DNA of 64,000 nucleotides from Candidatus Poribacteria bacterium (GTDB lineage Bacteria; Poribacteria; WGA-4E; WGA-3G): NCBI GenBank assembly GCA_965242965.1, contig OZ251518.1, positions 4,992,001 to 5,056,000 of the forward strand, read 5' to 3'. Shown piece by piece: positions 10,488 to 19,627 of this stretch (position 1 is its first letter; each line of letters starts with the position of its first letter). The notes under the pieces were generated by a model. It saw only the letters and a program-made list of their open reading frames with translations, ran no database searches and was not told where the DNA came from. The position numbers and the translations under genes were made by a program.

Positions 10488-11246
10488 ATGCAATTTGGCT
10501 TCATGTCATCCGTCTGTCCGCCGCTAACGCTGGCGGAACTCATTGACAAAGCGAAACACTATAACTATCAACACCTCGAACTCCGAGTGGAATGGGACCA
10601 CGGACACGGCGTTGAACTAGCCGCAACACCGGAACAACTACGCGAGGCAAAGGCGCGTTTTGCCGATAGCGGCATCGCGCTCTCCTGCATCGCAACCGGT
10701 TGCAGATTCGTCAGTGCGGATGCACAGGAACGCGCCGCGCAGGTGGAATTGCTTAAACGTTACATCGGGTTATCCAAAACGATGGGCGCGCAGAATATCC
10801 GTATCTTCGGAGATCCGGTGCCGAAAACACCGGTCGAAGTCGCAGAAACGCTTGATTGGGAGGCGGAAGGCATCCACGCTTGCGATGCACTCGCCGGCGA
10901 AGCAGGAGTCGCGCTCTGTTTGGAGACGCACGGCAATCTTATCGCCAGTTACGTTTCCGAGGTGTTGCACCGCGCCGAAGCGGAGCATACCTTTGTGAAT
11001 TGGCATGCGGCGCATCATGTCCGTCACGAGCAGTCGGTGGACGTGGCATATGCGCATCTGCGTGGGAAGATCCGGCACGCGCACGTCAACTTCGGCAGCG
11101 ATGGCCCAATGCCTGACACGGAGAGGGATTCTCTCACGCTCCTCGCGCAAGATGGATATACTGGATTCGTCTCTATAGAGGTGATTAACCCGCCGGATTC
11201 GGATGCGGTGTTGCAACGGCATGCGGAGCTATACAAGACGCTATAA
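10488..11246 (+). CDS. Sugar phosphate isomerase/epimerase (TIM barrel)
   Basis: RBS GGAGG, LELR, IRIFG, LCLETHG, GYTGFVSIE. Confidence 0.88.
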   Translation: MQFGFMSSVCPPLTLAELIDKAKHYNYQHLELRVEWDHGHGVELAATPEQLREAKARFADSGIALSCIATGCRFVSADAQERAAQVELLKRYIGLSKTMGAQNIRIFGDPVPKTPVEVAETLDWEAEGIHACDALAGEAGVALCLETHGNLIASYVSEVLHRAEAEHTFVNWHAAHHVRHEQSVDVAYAHLRGKIRHAHVNFGSDGPMPDTERDSLTLLAQDGYTGFVSIEVINPPDSDAVLQRHAELYKTL

Positions 11247-11266
11247 TATCCAAAATGCCTCAGGCC

Positions 11267-11552
11267 CGTAGCGCGGGGGCCTGTCCCCCGCGAACCCGTG
11301 AATCCCCGTTACCGTAGCGCGGGGGCCTGTCCCCCGCGATCGTTGTATAACGAGAGACATGTCAAATGCAGGGCATCGAGACCAGGAGGTCTCTCCTACC
11401 TCGCGATTGCAGCATGGCGCGGGACATGTCAAATGCAGGGCATCGAGACCGGGAGGTCTCTCCTACCTCGCGATTGCAGCATGGCGAGGGACAGGCCCTC
11501 GCCCTACGTGTGAACGTAGCGCGGGGGCCTGTCCCCCGCGATCGTTGTCCTA
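11267..11552. repeat. REP-like cluster with an internal ~67-bp tandem duplication, between convergent genes
   Basis: GTAGCGCGGGGGCCTGTCCCCCGCG x3 and GACATGTCAAATGCAGGGCATCGAGACC...GCAGCATGGCG x2. Confidence 0.9.
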
Positions 11553-11576
11553 CGTGAGGCGGGAAACAGTTCCCCC

Positions 11577-11906
11577 TCAAACGCTAAACGACTCGCCGCA
11601 GCCGCACGTGTTTTTAGCGTTCGGATTCGTAATCTTGAACCCGGAATCCATCAGCCCATCGTTATAGTCTAGCACCGAACCGGCGAGGTAGAGGGTGCTG
11701 CGCGGGTCGATGAACACTTTCAACCCGTGGAATTCAAACACCTTGTCGGTGCCTTTCGCTTCGCCAAATTCGAGGTTATATTGGAAGCCGGAGCATCCGC
11801 CGCCGACAACTTGCATCCGCAAGCCGAGTTCATCGGCAGGTGTCTCGCTATTGCTGCCGATTAATATCATCGCTTTTTGTGCCGCAGATTCTGTAACGGT
11901 AATCAT
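11577..11906 (-). CDS. A-type Fe-S carrier (IscA/ErpA/HesB family)
   Basis: GGGCSGFQY and C-terminal TCGCGESF; three Cys intact. Confidence 0.95.
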   Translation of the reverse strand: MITVTESAAQKAMILIGSNSETPADELGLRMQVVGGGCSGFQYNLEFGEAKGTDKVFEFHGLKVFIDPRSTLYLAGSVLDYNDGLMDSGFKITNPNAKNTCGCGESFSV

Positions 11907-11940
11907 AATCGTTTTTCTCCTATCACTAGGGTGTTTTGCC

Positions 11941-12025
11941 CGTTCAGGCTCCCCGAAGTCGCTAACATCCGAGGGTTGCGAGCCCGAATTTGCTTGTTCG
12001 GGCTCAGGCGAGCCCGAACTACAGA
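11941..12025. repeat. REP-like hairpin (GTTCGGGCTC...GAGCCCGAACTAC family)
   Basis: Same family as the hairpins at ~5039, ~55130 and ~63430. Confidence 0.75.
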
Positions 12026-12062
12026 TGGCCAGGATTGGGCAATCCCGAACCCTAAACCAACA

Positions 12063-12431
12063 TCATTTCTTACAAGCCAACGCATCGGCAATCGCTGTTT
12101 TGAGGACATCTTCCGCGTAGACAGCGTATCGGTGTTTATCTGAAGGTAGCCCACCTAACGCTTCGGATACCTCGTCCGCCGTGATTTTCTGGGCATCCGA
12201 AATCGGGAGCCCAATAATCATCTCGGTTAAGATGGAGCCGCTCGCAATCGCGGCTGGGCATCCGAATGCTCGGAATTTTGCCGCAACAATCAATTCATCT
12301 GCCAGGTTGAGCGTCAGTTTGAGCATCTCCCCCTTAGCAGCAGACCCGACGGTGGCAGTGCCATTTGCATTGGCGATGGTGCCGATGTTGCGCGGGTTTT
12401 CACAATGTTCTCTCACTAGGTGCGTCAACAT
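12063..12431 (-). CDS. IscU/NifU-N-like scaffold protein, degenerate (one of three Cys retained)
   Basis: HCENPRNIG, FRAFGCPAAIASGS, LGGLPSDKH. Confidence 0.85.
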   Translation of the reverse strand: MLTHLVREHCENPRNIGTIANANGTATVGSAAKGEMLKLTLNLADELIVAAKFRAFGCPAAIASGSILTEMIIGLPISDAQKITADEVSEALGGLPSDKHRYAVYAEDVLKTAIADALACKK

Positions 12432-12469
12432 AGCGTTTCCTGTCCGTGCATCCTACAAATCATATTTTA

Positions 12470-12498
12470 ATTATACCCTATTCTACAATGAATGTCAA
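12470..12498 (-). promoter_or_regulatory. Sigma70 promoter for the iscU-like / iscA-family genes
   Basis: Perfect TTGACA-17-TATAAT on the minus strand. Confidence 0.8.
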
Positions 12499-12507
12499 AT
12501 TTTAACT

Positions 12508-12668
12508 GAGGATGTTTCATATCTTGATGTCTTCCCGGTAGGAAGGACATCCTTGTCCCGATACGAAAAATCGAGAGTCCCGATACGAAAAATCGAGACC
12601 GGGAGGTCTCTCCTACGGTGTTGCATCGAGACCAGGAGGTCTCTCCTACCGGGGAAGCCATCGAGACT
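12508..12668. repeat. Partial TIR-REP element
   Basis: Starts GAGGATGTTTCATA, followed by GAGACC-N4-GGTCTC hairpins; no right TIR seen. Confidence 0.75.
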
Positions 12669-12689
12669 AGACTGAATGCTCTGGAAAAT

Positions 12690-12718
12690 TTGACAAATCC
12701 CAGGTCCTGTGGTATTTT
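12690..12718 (+). promoter_or_regulatory. Sigma70 promoter
   Basis: TTGACA-17-TATTTT with an extended TG. Confidence 0.6.
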
Positions 12719-12749
12719 AAGGCAGTATAATCCAATGGAGGAAAATTCC

Positions 12750-13451
12750 ATGATTCAGAAAATTCAATTCACGTGCGCTGTGACATGCATGCTGGTGCTA
12801 CTCGGCGCGCTCCCTAGTTTCGCCGTGGAACAGTTCAAAGTGTCCAAATACGGCAAAGGGATGCAGGTTTGGTTTGAAGCGGAGGCTTTTGACGAAAGGG
12901 ACTCCGACGATGTCTATCAACTCGGTAAAGCCGAAAAGGCGGTAGATCCGGCGGATGATGCCTACGGGGATATTATCACCAACGCGGGAGCCGGCAAGAA
13001 AGGCTGGATCCTCTATCGGTTTGACATCAGCCGAGCCGTTGGGAAAGCCGGGGACTGGCGGTTCATCGGAAGAGTCATTAATCCGAGCAACCATTCAGAC
13101 TGGCTGTGGGTGTTGGGCGACGATGGAGACAAAATTCCGGAGAATGAGCCCGTTTTTGTCCGCCCAGATCACATCATTTTTGAAGAAAACGTCCCGGCCT
13201 GGGAGTGGAAGCGGACCGGCGATTTCGGACAAGATGGCGGCACCATCAATGAATTGCAAGACGGCGAGAACGTCATGATGATCTGGACGCGGCAGAGTTC
13301 GCTTCAGGTGCAATACGACGTTTTCGTCTGGTCCAGCGATCTGGAGTATCAACCGACAGACGAGGATTATGAAAAAGCGGAGGACAAAACGCTGCCTGTC
13401 CAACCGGAAGGGTTGCTCACCACGACGTGGTGCCGGTTGAAACAGAACTAA
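12750..13451 (+). CDS. Secreted protein with a C-terminal sorting-like motif
   Basis: RBS GGAGG, signal peptide ending SFA, C-terminus LPVQPEGLLTTTWCRLKQN. Confidence 0.85.
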   Translation: MIQKIQFTCAVTCMLVLLGALPSFAVEQFKVSKYGKGMQVWFEAEAFDERDSDDVYQLGKAEKAVDPADDAYGDIITNAGAGKKGWILYRFDISRAVGKAGDWRFIGRVINPSNHSDWLWVLGDDGDKIPENEPVFVRPDHIIFEENVPAWEWKRTGDFGQDGGTINELQDGENVMMIWTRQSSLQVQYDVFVWSSDLEYQPTDEDYEKAEDKTLPVQPEGLLTTTWCRLKQN

Positions 13452-13476
13452 AGTCTCTTCAAGCACCGGCTTTCAC

Positions 13477-13906
13477 CGTAGGGCGGGGGCCTGTCCCTCG
13501 TCAGGGTTATCGCGCGCGTTAGAGATCGCGGGGGAAACCCGCTCGGATGCGCGGATGGCATCCGAGGGCCCCCGCGCTACGGTAACGGGTCATCTTCTTC
13601 ACAGAACGGCCCCCCGGCTCGTAGGGCGAGGGCCTGTCCCTCGCCAGCGTCCGCGCATCCCAACGATCGCGGGGGACAGGCCCCCGCGCTACGGTAGGCG
13701 GACCATCTTCTTCACAGAACGCTCCCCCCTCATCGTAGGGCGGGGGCCTGTCCCTCGCCATGCTGGGTTAATCGGAAGATCGCGGGGGACAGGCCCCCGC
13801 GCTACGAGGAAAAAAAACGCTCCCCTCACCGTAGGGCGAGGGACAGGCCCTCGCCATGCCGCGGTCTACCGGAAGATCGCGGGGGACAGGCCCCCGCGCG
13901 ACGGTA
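13477..13906. repeat. REP-like hairpin array
   Basis: About eight alternating GTAGGGCGAGGGCCTGTCCCTCGC / CGCGGGGGACAGGCCCCCGCGCTAC units. Confidence 0.92.
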
Positions 13907-13916
13907 CTGAGCACGG

Positions 13917-16900
13917 CTATTCCCGCCGTTTCACTTCCCCAAACGTCCGCAACTGCCGATTCGCCGCGGAGACGGGACCGCGCAAGAAACGCATTGATAA
14001 CAGCTGCGGCTTACCCGCAAACGAAACCTCCTCCAACTGATAGTAATACTCAACACCCGGCTTCGCAGACGTATTCGTGAACGTATACGTTTGACGCTCC
14101 CCTGTCGTGCCTGCACCGGCTATCAAAACAGAATTGACGAGCGTGAAACTGCCATCGCGGCGTTCACTACGGCGCAGATTGAAACCAGCGTTATCCACTT
14201 CCGACTCGGTTGCCCATGTCAAGACAACCGCACCTGCATCGGTGCGAGACACGGCGAAACGGGATAACTCCACCGGCAACGCGCCACCCGCACGCCAACC
14301 TGGCGTGCCCAAGTCTTTCGCATGTCCGTAGTAGAGTTGACCATCAATGGCCTTAATGTTCGCGGCGAGGACCCAACTGGCGCGCTTCTTCCCATCCAAC
14401 GCAACGCCGTTGTCATAACGCCGAATCAGCGAACTCCGCGCGCCTTCAACGTCACTCAGCGGCAATGCCCACGCCGGCGCATCGTCGGTGCGACGATTGC
14501 CATCGGTGTTCCCTACTTCATCTACTAACTCACCTTCCCTATCGGTGAGTTTCAGATAGAGCCCCTCAGTGCTCAGGAACGTATCGCGCGGCGTTTTCAC
14601 GCGCAGATTCTTCTGATGCAACTCAAATAGGTTGTAAATCCTGTCTGCCGGCAGATGCGCACGTGACGAAGCACGCGCCTCCCCCGCGACTATCAGCAAC
14701 GTTTGATTCGGCTGAAGCAGTTTTTCACCTAGCGTCAACGTCACAATCGGGCGGCCGATGAGGTCTGCCGAATCCACGTTCTGGATCTCCAACTTCCAAC
14801 GGTTGAGATTCAATACCTCAGTCTTGGACTTATTATACAACTCTATCCACTGCGGCAGCGTGCCACCTGCGGAATCCACCATGATTTCACTGATGGTGAC
14901 ACTCCCTTTCGGCGTGGCGACTGTCTCTTTCGCTGCGCCATTCGGATACCCCGGCGTGCCGGCAGTCGCCGCCGATTTGGAGACCTGCCTGTCATACCCG
15001 AGTCCTGTGAACGCTGCTTCTATCCACGCATCCTTGTGGTAACCCACAATATCCGCCTTGGCGCGCTGCCAGACTTTACCTGAGCCGAGGGCATCTTCAG
15101 TGTCACCGCCGGGTGCCTGCAGCACTTGCAATGGCCAGACGTATGTATCATATTTGCCTTCCTGCTCGCGGATGAACGCATCCGTGCCGCTGCCGCCGCC
15201 ACCGGCGACATCGACGAACGCCTCATTCTTACCCAGTTTCTCCTTCGCGTTCCGGAGAATCAATAGGAACTTCCCATCATCCGGCAATGTCAACCCCGAA
15301 TTGACGAGAGTCAGATGCGCCAACCCGCCGTTCTTTCCATCACTGGCAATGTCATCCCCAGCGGCGAGCCGGGTATCGTCCGGTGCGCTGTGGGTTATCA
15401 ACAGCAGGCCGTTGGCCGGCACACTCACATCCGGAAAGACGATGAGCGAGACATCTTTCTTCTCGCCATTCTGCACGACACTGAGCTCCCAGTCTTTTAA
15501 CGATACCGCGGTCCCGGTGACGTTGCGGAGCTCCAACCAATCATCGCTAGCATCTGCGCCGTTGCCGAATTCGTTGAAGATGAGCGGCGTTCGCGGCACC
15601 GTTGATGCAGCGAACTTCTCGTCAACTGTCTCCGGAATAAGTAGCGGCACACCGACGAAGATATCTTGCGTCAGCCCCGGCGACGGTGCCGGCTGCGCAC
15701 CTCCGCCTGTCTGACGCGCGGGCTGCGACACCGGGAAATCGAGACGAGACTGCCCTTCCGGTGCCCCCGGGTCTTCTTCACGAACCGGTGTTGTCGCCGC
15801 AGCAGCACCCGCACCATTCCGAATCTGCACACCCAGCGGCACCGTGATGCCCAGCTCTTCGTCCACAGTGATAGCCGTCGCGAAATCCTCCGCCTGCACC
15901 TCATAAGCGAAAGTGACGATGGTGGAATTCCCATCGCGCCGTTCTTTCCAATAAGCGCGCCGACGATTCGCCGCTGTCCTCTCGCCTAAATAGAACGTGA
16001 GAAACGGACGATTTTCCCGCGCCAAGTTCGCCGGAATATCAACCCCATCATCGTCAAACGTGACCTCAAAGCGGATCTCACTCCCCGGTGTCCATATCCC
16101 CGAAGGCGGCGGCACCAACGCAAACCGCTCAACTAGCGGTTCCTTCACATCGGCGACGGTGATAGTCAGCCACTGCGTTTTTTCCAACAGCCGTTCCTCC
16201 GCGCCACTCGTCGCCGTGACAGCCACGATATACACGTTGTCTCCCGCGGGACTGTTTCGTGCCGGGTCTATCATATTTTCAACAGCCTGATCTGCCGGAT
16301 TCTCAAAGTCAGGCACGGCTTTGAAACGCAGTTCGTCGGTATCTTCATCAATCTCAAACGCCTCTTTATCTGCCGTGTCACCGAGGGTGTAAGTGACAGT
16401 ATCGGGCTCATCCTCATCGGTGGGAGGCTCATCCTCAGCCGCATCGGTGGGAGGCTCATCCTCATCGGTAGCCTCAAGAGTCGTTACCAGCGTGGTGTTT
16501 TCGTTAACGGTGAACGTCGTCCGATGGGCTGTGAACGTGGGCGCGGCGTTGTTGGCAGTCATCGCGGTAACTGCGCCTGAAAAGCCACTGGTAAGCTGTT
16601 GTCCACCGTCTTCGTTTTCTGCCTGCACCCGGACTTGATAGTTGGAGCCCGCTGTCAACCCGGTAATCATGGCTGTCGTGTCAGTGCCGGTTTCAACATT
16701 CATGGTTTCCCATTCGGAGCTCTCCACTTCCCGATACTGAATATTGTGGCTCGTTGTCGGGGGAGGGGTGGTTAAGTTGTCGGCGGCATTCTTAGGAGCA
16801 TCACCTTTCATCCATGTTACTCTCAGTAGATTCGGTGTCTTCCATGGACCCAACACCTTCAGATGTTTGGGTATCCCCGGCGGCTCAGGATCGACAGCAT

Positions 16901-17378
16901 TCTCAACGTGGACCTTCCACGTTGCTTGATTAGATTTTTTCCGAACTCCCGTGCCGCTCGTCACCGTGATGGTAAAGACATATACGTTATCCCCTGCAGG
17001 ACTATTATTTCTCGGATCAACAGTGTCCGTGTGCTCCTTATCCACGGGCCTCTCGAAATCTGGGTTGAAGCCATCGGCTACGTGCAACGTCCAAGCAACA
17101 TCAGCAGCTATGTAGGTAATCTCAAAAAACTCAGAATCTGTCCCACTGAGGATAGGAGGAAGTTGAACTGAGTCTTGTGAATCTGCATCGGTTAGTAAGG
17201 GGGCCACATTTTCCCGGACCGACCACTCATTTTCCCTTATTGACAAGTCTGGGATCTGGATACTCGGCGGGCTGTTCTGGGCTTCTGCGCTTGGCACCCA
17301 GCAGGCAAAGCACGCGAGTAGCACTAACACGTGAATCGCGAGGCAGGGCGGTTTGCCGAGGCGTAATAATAATTTCAT
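13917..17378 (-). CDS. Large secreted/surface protein: cadherin-like x2, FN3, lamin-tail domains, LPVELS-type C-terminal domain
   Basis: Signal peptide ending AEA, PDFE..DNVY repeats, TGLTAGSNYQVRVQAEN (FN3), IFNE..DWLELRN and ISEIM..QWIELYN with GTPG (lamin tail), LPVELSRF...WATESEVDNAGFNL. Confidence 0.9.
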   Translation of the reverse strand: MKLLLRLGKPPCLAIHVLVLLACFACWVPSAEAQNSPPSIQIPDLSIRENEWSVRENVAPLLTDADSQDSVQLPPILSGTDSEFFEITYIAADVAWTLHVADGFNPDFERPVDKEHTDTVDPRNNSPAGDNVYVFTITVTSGTGVRKKSNQATWKVHVENAVDPEPPGIPKHLKVLGPWKTPNLLRVTWMKGDAPKNAADNLTTPPPTTSHNIQYREVESSEWETMNVETGTDTTAMITGLTAGSNYQVRVQAENEDGGQQLTSGFSGAVTAMTANNAAPTFTAHRTTFTVNENTTLVTTLEATDEDEPPTDAAEDEPPTDEDEPDTVTYTLGDTADKEAFEIDEDTDELRFKAVPDFENPADQAVENMIDPARNSPAGDNVYIVAVTATSGAEERLLEKTQWLTITVADVKEPLVERFALVPPPSGIWTPGSEIRFEVTFDDDGVDIPANLARENRPFLTFYLGERTAANRRRAYWKERRDGNSTIVTFAYEVQAEDFATAITVDEELGITVPLGVQIRNGAGAAAATTPVREEDPGAPEGQSRLDFPVSQPARQTGGGAQPAPSPGLTQDIFVGVPLLIPETVDEKFAASTVPRTPLIFNEFGNGADASDDWLELRNVTGTAVSLKDWELSVVQNGEKKDVSLIVFPDVSVPANGLLLITHSAPDDTRLAAGDDIASDGKNGGLAHLTLVNSGLTLPDDGKFLLILRNAKEKLGKNEAFVDVAGGGGSGTDAFIREQEGKYDTYVWPLQVLQAPGGDTEDALGSGKVWQRAKADIVGYHKDAWIEAAFTGLGYDRQVSKSAATAGTPGYPNGAAKETVATPKGSVTISEIMVDSAGGTLPQWIELYNKSKTEVLNLNRWKLEIQNVDSADLIGRPIVTLTLGEKLLQPNQTLLIVAGEARASSRAHLPADRIYNLFELHQKNLRVKTPRDTFLSTEGLYLKLTDREGELVDEVGNTDGNRRTDDAPAWALPLSDVEGARSSLIRRYDNGVALDGKKRASWVLAANIKAIDGQLYYGHAKDLGTPGWRAGGALPVELSRFAVSRTDAGAVVLTWATESEVDNAGFNLRRSERRDGSFTLVNSVLIAGAGTTGERQTYTFTNTSAKPGVEYYYQLEEVSFAGKPQLLSMRFLRGPVSAANRQLRTFGEVKRRE

Positions 17379-17460
17379 GAAACATTTCTCCTTTTGACTT
17401 CAGGGACTGACGCAGCCCCTGGCGGCGCGGTTTGCAATCGCGCTGTCATCGTCATTTTGG

Positions 17461-17577
17461 TGCAACGCGAATAGCCCTTTGGAGGCTCTTTTGCGAGAGC
17501 GATGTCCAAGAGGGTATGCAGTGCAACACAAATAGCCCCTTGGGGGCTCTTTTGCGGGAGCGTTGTCCAAGAGGGTG
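17461..17577. repeat. Two-copy 61-bp tandem repeat in the 5' leader of the surface protein gene
   Basis: TGCAAC..AATAGCCC.TTGG.GGCTCTTTTGCG.GAGCG.TGTCCAAGAGGGT at 17461 and 17522. Confidence 0.9.
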
Positions 17578-17612
17578 TTCGGTTTGTCTGCGCGTGCAGA
17601 TAAACGTAATTG

Positions 17613-17783
17613 TTAACGTTTGTGTAGGGGGGGGGTAATCCTTATCTCTGGCGCATCAGCATCGGCAGCGCGCCATCGCGGTCTCGATGCAAGACTCCCC
17701 CTGCACGGATGCGGCGCGTGTGATCGGCGCGGCGGCGGTGCCGCGGTTATGAAAATGTTGGGAGCACACGTTAGAATTTCCAT
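17613..17783 (-). CDS. Leader ORF (56 aa) containing a C9 tract
   Basis: RBS GAGGA, ATG at 17783, ends ACC CCC CCC CTA CAC AAA CGT TAA; G9 at 17627-17635 on the + strand. Confidence 0.55.
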   Translation of the reverse strand: MEILTCAPNIFITAAPPPRRSHAPHPCRGSLASRPRWRAADADAPEIRITPPLHKR

Positions 17784-17837
17784 ATTCTTGTCCTCAACCG
17801 GGTCGAGTTGACAGATTTTTGCACCAGATACATTAAT

Positions 17838-17866
17838 AGTATACCACATTTTCTGCGGAATGTCAA
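17838..17866 (-). promoter_or_regulatory. Sigma70 promoter for the leader and surface protein
   Basis: TTGACA-17-TATACT with an extended TG. Confidence 0.8.
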
Positions 17867-17939
17867 ATTAAAATCACATGTCGCAGGATGTTTTTAATGT
17901 TAATTTATTTTGACGTTTTTATCAAGCGTTTTTTTTCGG

Positions 17940-18175
17940 GTAGAGATCTCGGGGGACAAGCCCCCGCGCTACGGTGAAAAAACGTCTCCCCGGCCCGTAG
18001 GGCGAGGGACAGGCCCTCGCCGTGGTTATCGCGCGCGTGAGAGATAGCGGGGGACAGGCCCCCGCGCTACGGTGTAAGAGACCTTTTTTATCATCGTAGG
18101 GCGAGGGCCTGTCCCTCGCCATGCTGCGGTCTACCGGAAGATCGCGGGGGACAGGCCCCCGCGCTACGGTAAGTG
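17940..18175. repeat. REP-like hairpin array
   Basis: Five GTAG/CTAC hairpin units. Confidence 0.9.
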
Positions 18176-18197
18176 AGACGCACGCGGGTGCGGCGGC

Positions 18198-19106
18198 TTA
18201 ACTTTGCCCTGCCGCACCGTTCCCCGCGCCATCCCTGGTCGTCTCCAGCAGATGCCGGAACTCTTCAACAGAGTCAATCCGGAGCGAGGCATCAAATAAC
18301 GCCTCTAGCCGCTGCGTGTTTTCAATCGACTCCAACGCCGGCTTAAACGCACTCGCAACATCCGGATGCAACCGGGCACCTAGCACTTTCAGGATGTCCT
18401 CGCGGCGTGTATCCCTGATAGCATACCCCGCCAGGTATTCAACAATCGGTGCTACGTCCATCGTTATCCTCCTTATCATCTCTAAAATCGTCGCAGTGTC
18501 GTAAATCGCACTGGCCAATGTCGCCAAGTTACCTAACAGGTCCAACTTGTGCGGCACAGACAGCCCATCAACCGCTTCAATGCATCGCTGAAGCCAAGCA
18601 TCAGCAGAGACATCCGCCGGCGGCCGCATCAACGGCGTGAACGGCAACAACCCAGGCAGCTGCGCATCCAGAATCGCCTGCCCTTCCAAATCAGCCAAGC
18701 GGATAACTTCGTATTCTATCAACACCTGATGCCCGACAATCTCCTGAGCAAAGAAACCCACATCCTGCACACCGGCATCCGGCCGCAGATAAATCACATG
18801 CGAATACACATCCATCCGGTATTTCTCTATCAGCCGGATGATATATCCTGCCATTCGCAGGGCCATCGGCGGATCGAAACTATCTGTCGTCTGAATCTCA
18901 AAATGCACCAAAACGTCTGTCCCGCGCAGGTTGACTTTGATGAGCACATCCGCTTGGCGCATATCCACGGCGGGAAGTTCCGGGGTGATGAGTTCTACAT
19001 CAGAGAACTCATCGGGGCGAATGCCTCGTAGGTTGAAGGCGAAGGCCACGAAGTCGCGGGGATGCAGTTGCATGACGCGCTTCGAGGCACTGTCAAAAGA
19101 TACCAT
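18198..19106 (-). CDS. Rpn/YhgA-like PD-(D/E)XK nuclease (putative transposase family)
   Basis: RBS AGGAGG, RQADVL, HFEIQT, MALRMAGY, HVIYL, LLPFTPLM. Confidence 0.85.
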   Translation of the reverse strand: MVSFDSASKRVMQLHPRDFVAFAFNLRGIRPDEFSDVELITPELPAVDMRQADVLIKVNLRGTDVLVHFEIQTTDSFDPPMALRMAGYIIRLIEKYRMDVYSHVIYLRPDAGVQDVGFFAQEIVGHQVLIEYEVIRLADLEGQAILDAQLPGLLPFTPLMRPPADVSADAWLQRCIEAVDGLSVPHKLDLLGNLATLASAIYDTATILEMIRRITMDVAPIVEYLAGYAIRDTRREDILKVLGARLHPDVASAFKPALESIENTQRLEALFDASLRIDSVEEFRHLLETTRDGAGNGAAGQS

Positions 19107-19216
19107 AAACCCTCCTGTTGAAAAATGGATTAAATACATGCCGCCCGCGTTTGGGACGGCTGCTATTAATAGGATACCTTATCCAAATAAAATTGTCAAG
19201 GAGAAAGTGATTTAGG

Positions 19217-19610
19217 GTAGAGATCGCGAGGGACAGGCCCTCGCGCTACGATGAAAAGAACGCCGCCCCTCACCGTAGGGCGAGGGCCTGTCCCTCGCCA
19301 GCGTCCGCGCATCCCAACGATCGCGGGGGACAGGCCCCCGCGCTACGATGAAAAGAACGCCGCCCTCACCGTAGGGCGAGGGCCTGTCCCCCGCGATGCG
19401 TTTGGCCGTCAGACCTTCTCACCTCTGTAGGTCAGGATCGCCTGATCCTGACCCGTTCGGGAGCAGGCGCTCCCGAACTACAGAGGGGGCTTGCCATCCC
19501 CCGGCATGGCGAGGGACAGGCCCTCGCCCTACGGTAAAACAGGCCGCTCCGGTTACCGTAGCGCGGGGGCCTGTCCCCCGCGATCGTTTTAGGCCCCGTA
19601 GCGCGCGGGT
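19217..19610. repeat. REP-like hairpin array
   Basis: Several hairpin families, including GTAGGTCAGGATCGCCTGATCCTGAC. Confidence 0.9.
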
Positions 19611-19627
19611 GGATAGAGACATCCGCA

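Noticed and set aside
13477-13906. Possible CRISPR array (also 31536-31825, 43078-43150, 53273-53481)
   Set aside because: Repeats alternate in orientation, spacers are irregular and often themselves repeated, and there are no cas genes. This fits REP/tandem repeats.
18198-19106. Rpn-like gene as the transposase of the flanking REP arrays
   Set aside because: It has a PD-(D/E)XK fold with no HUH or DDE motifs, and REP arrays flank many unrelated genes here.
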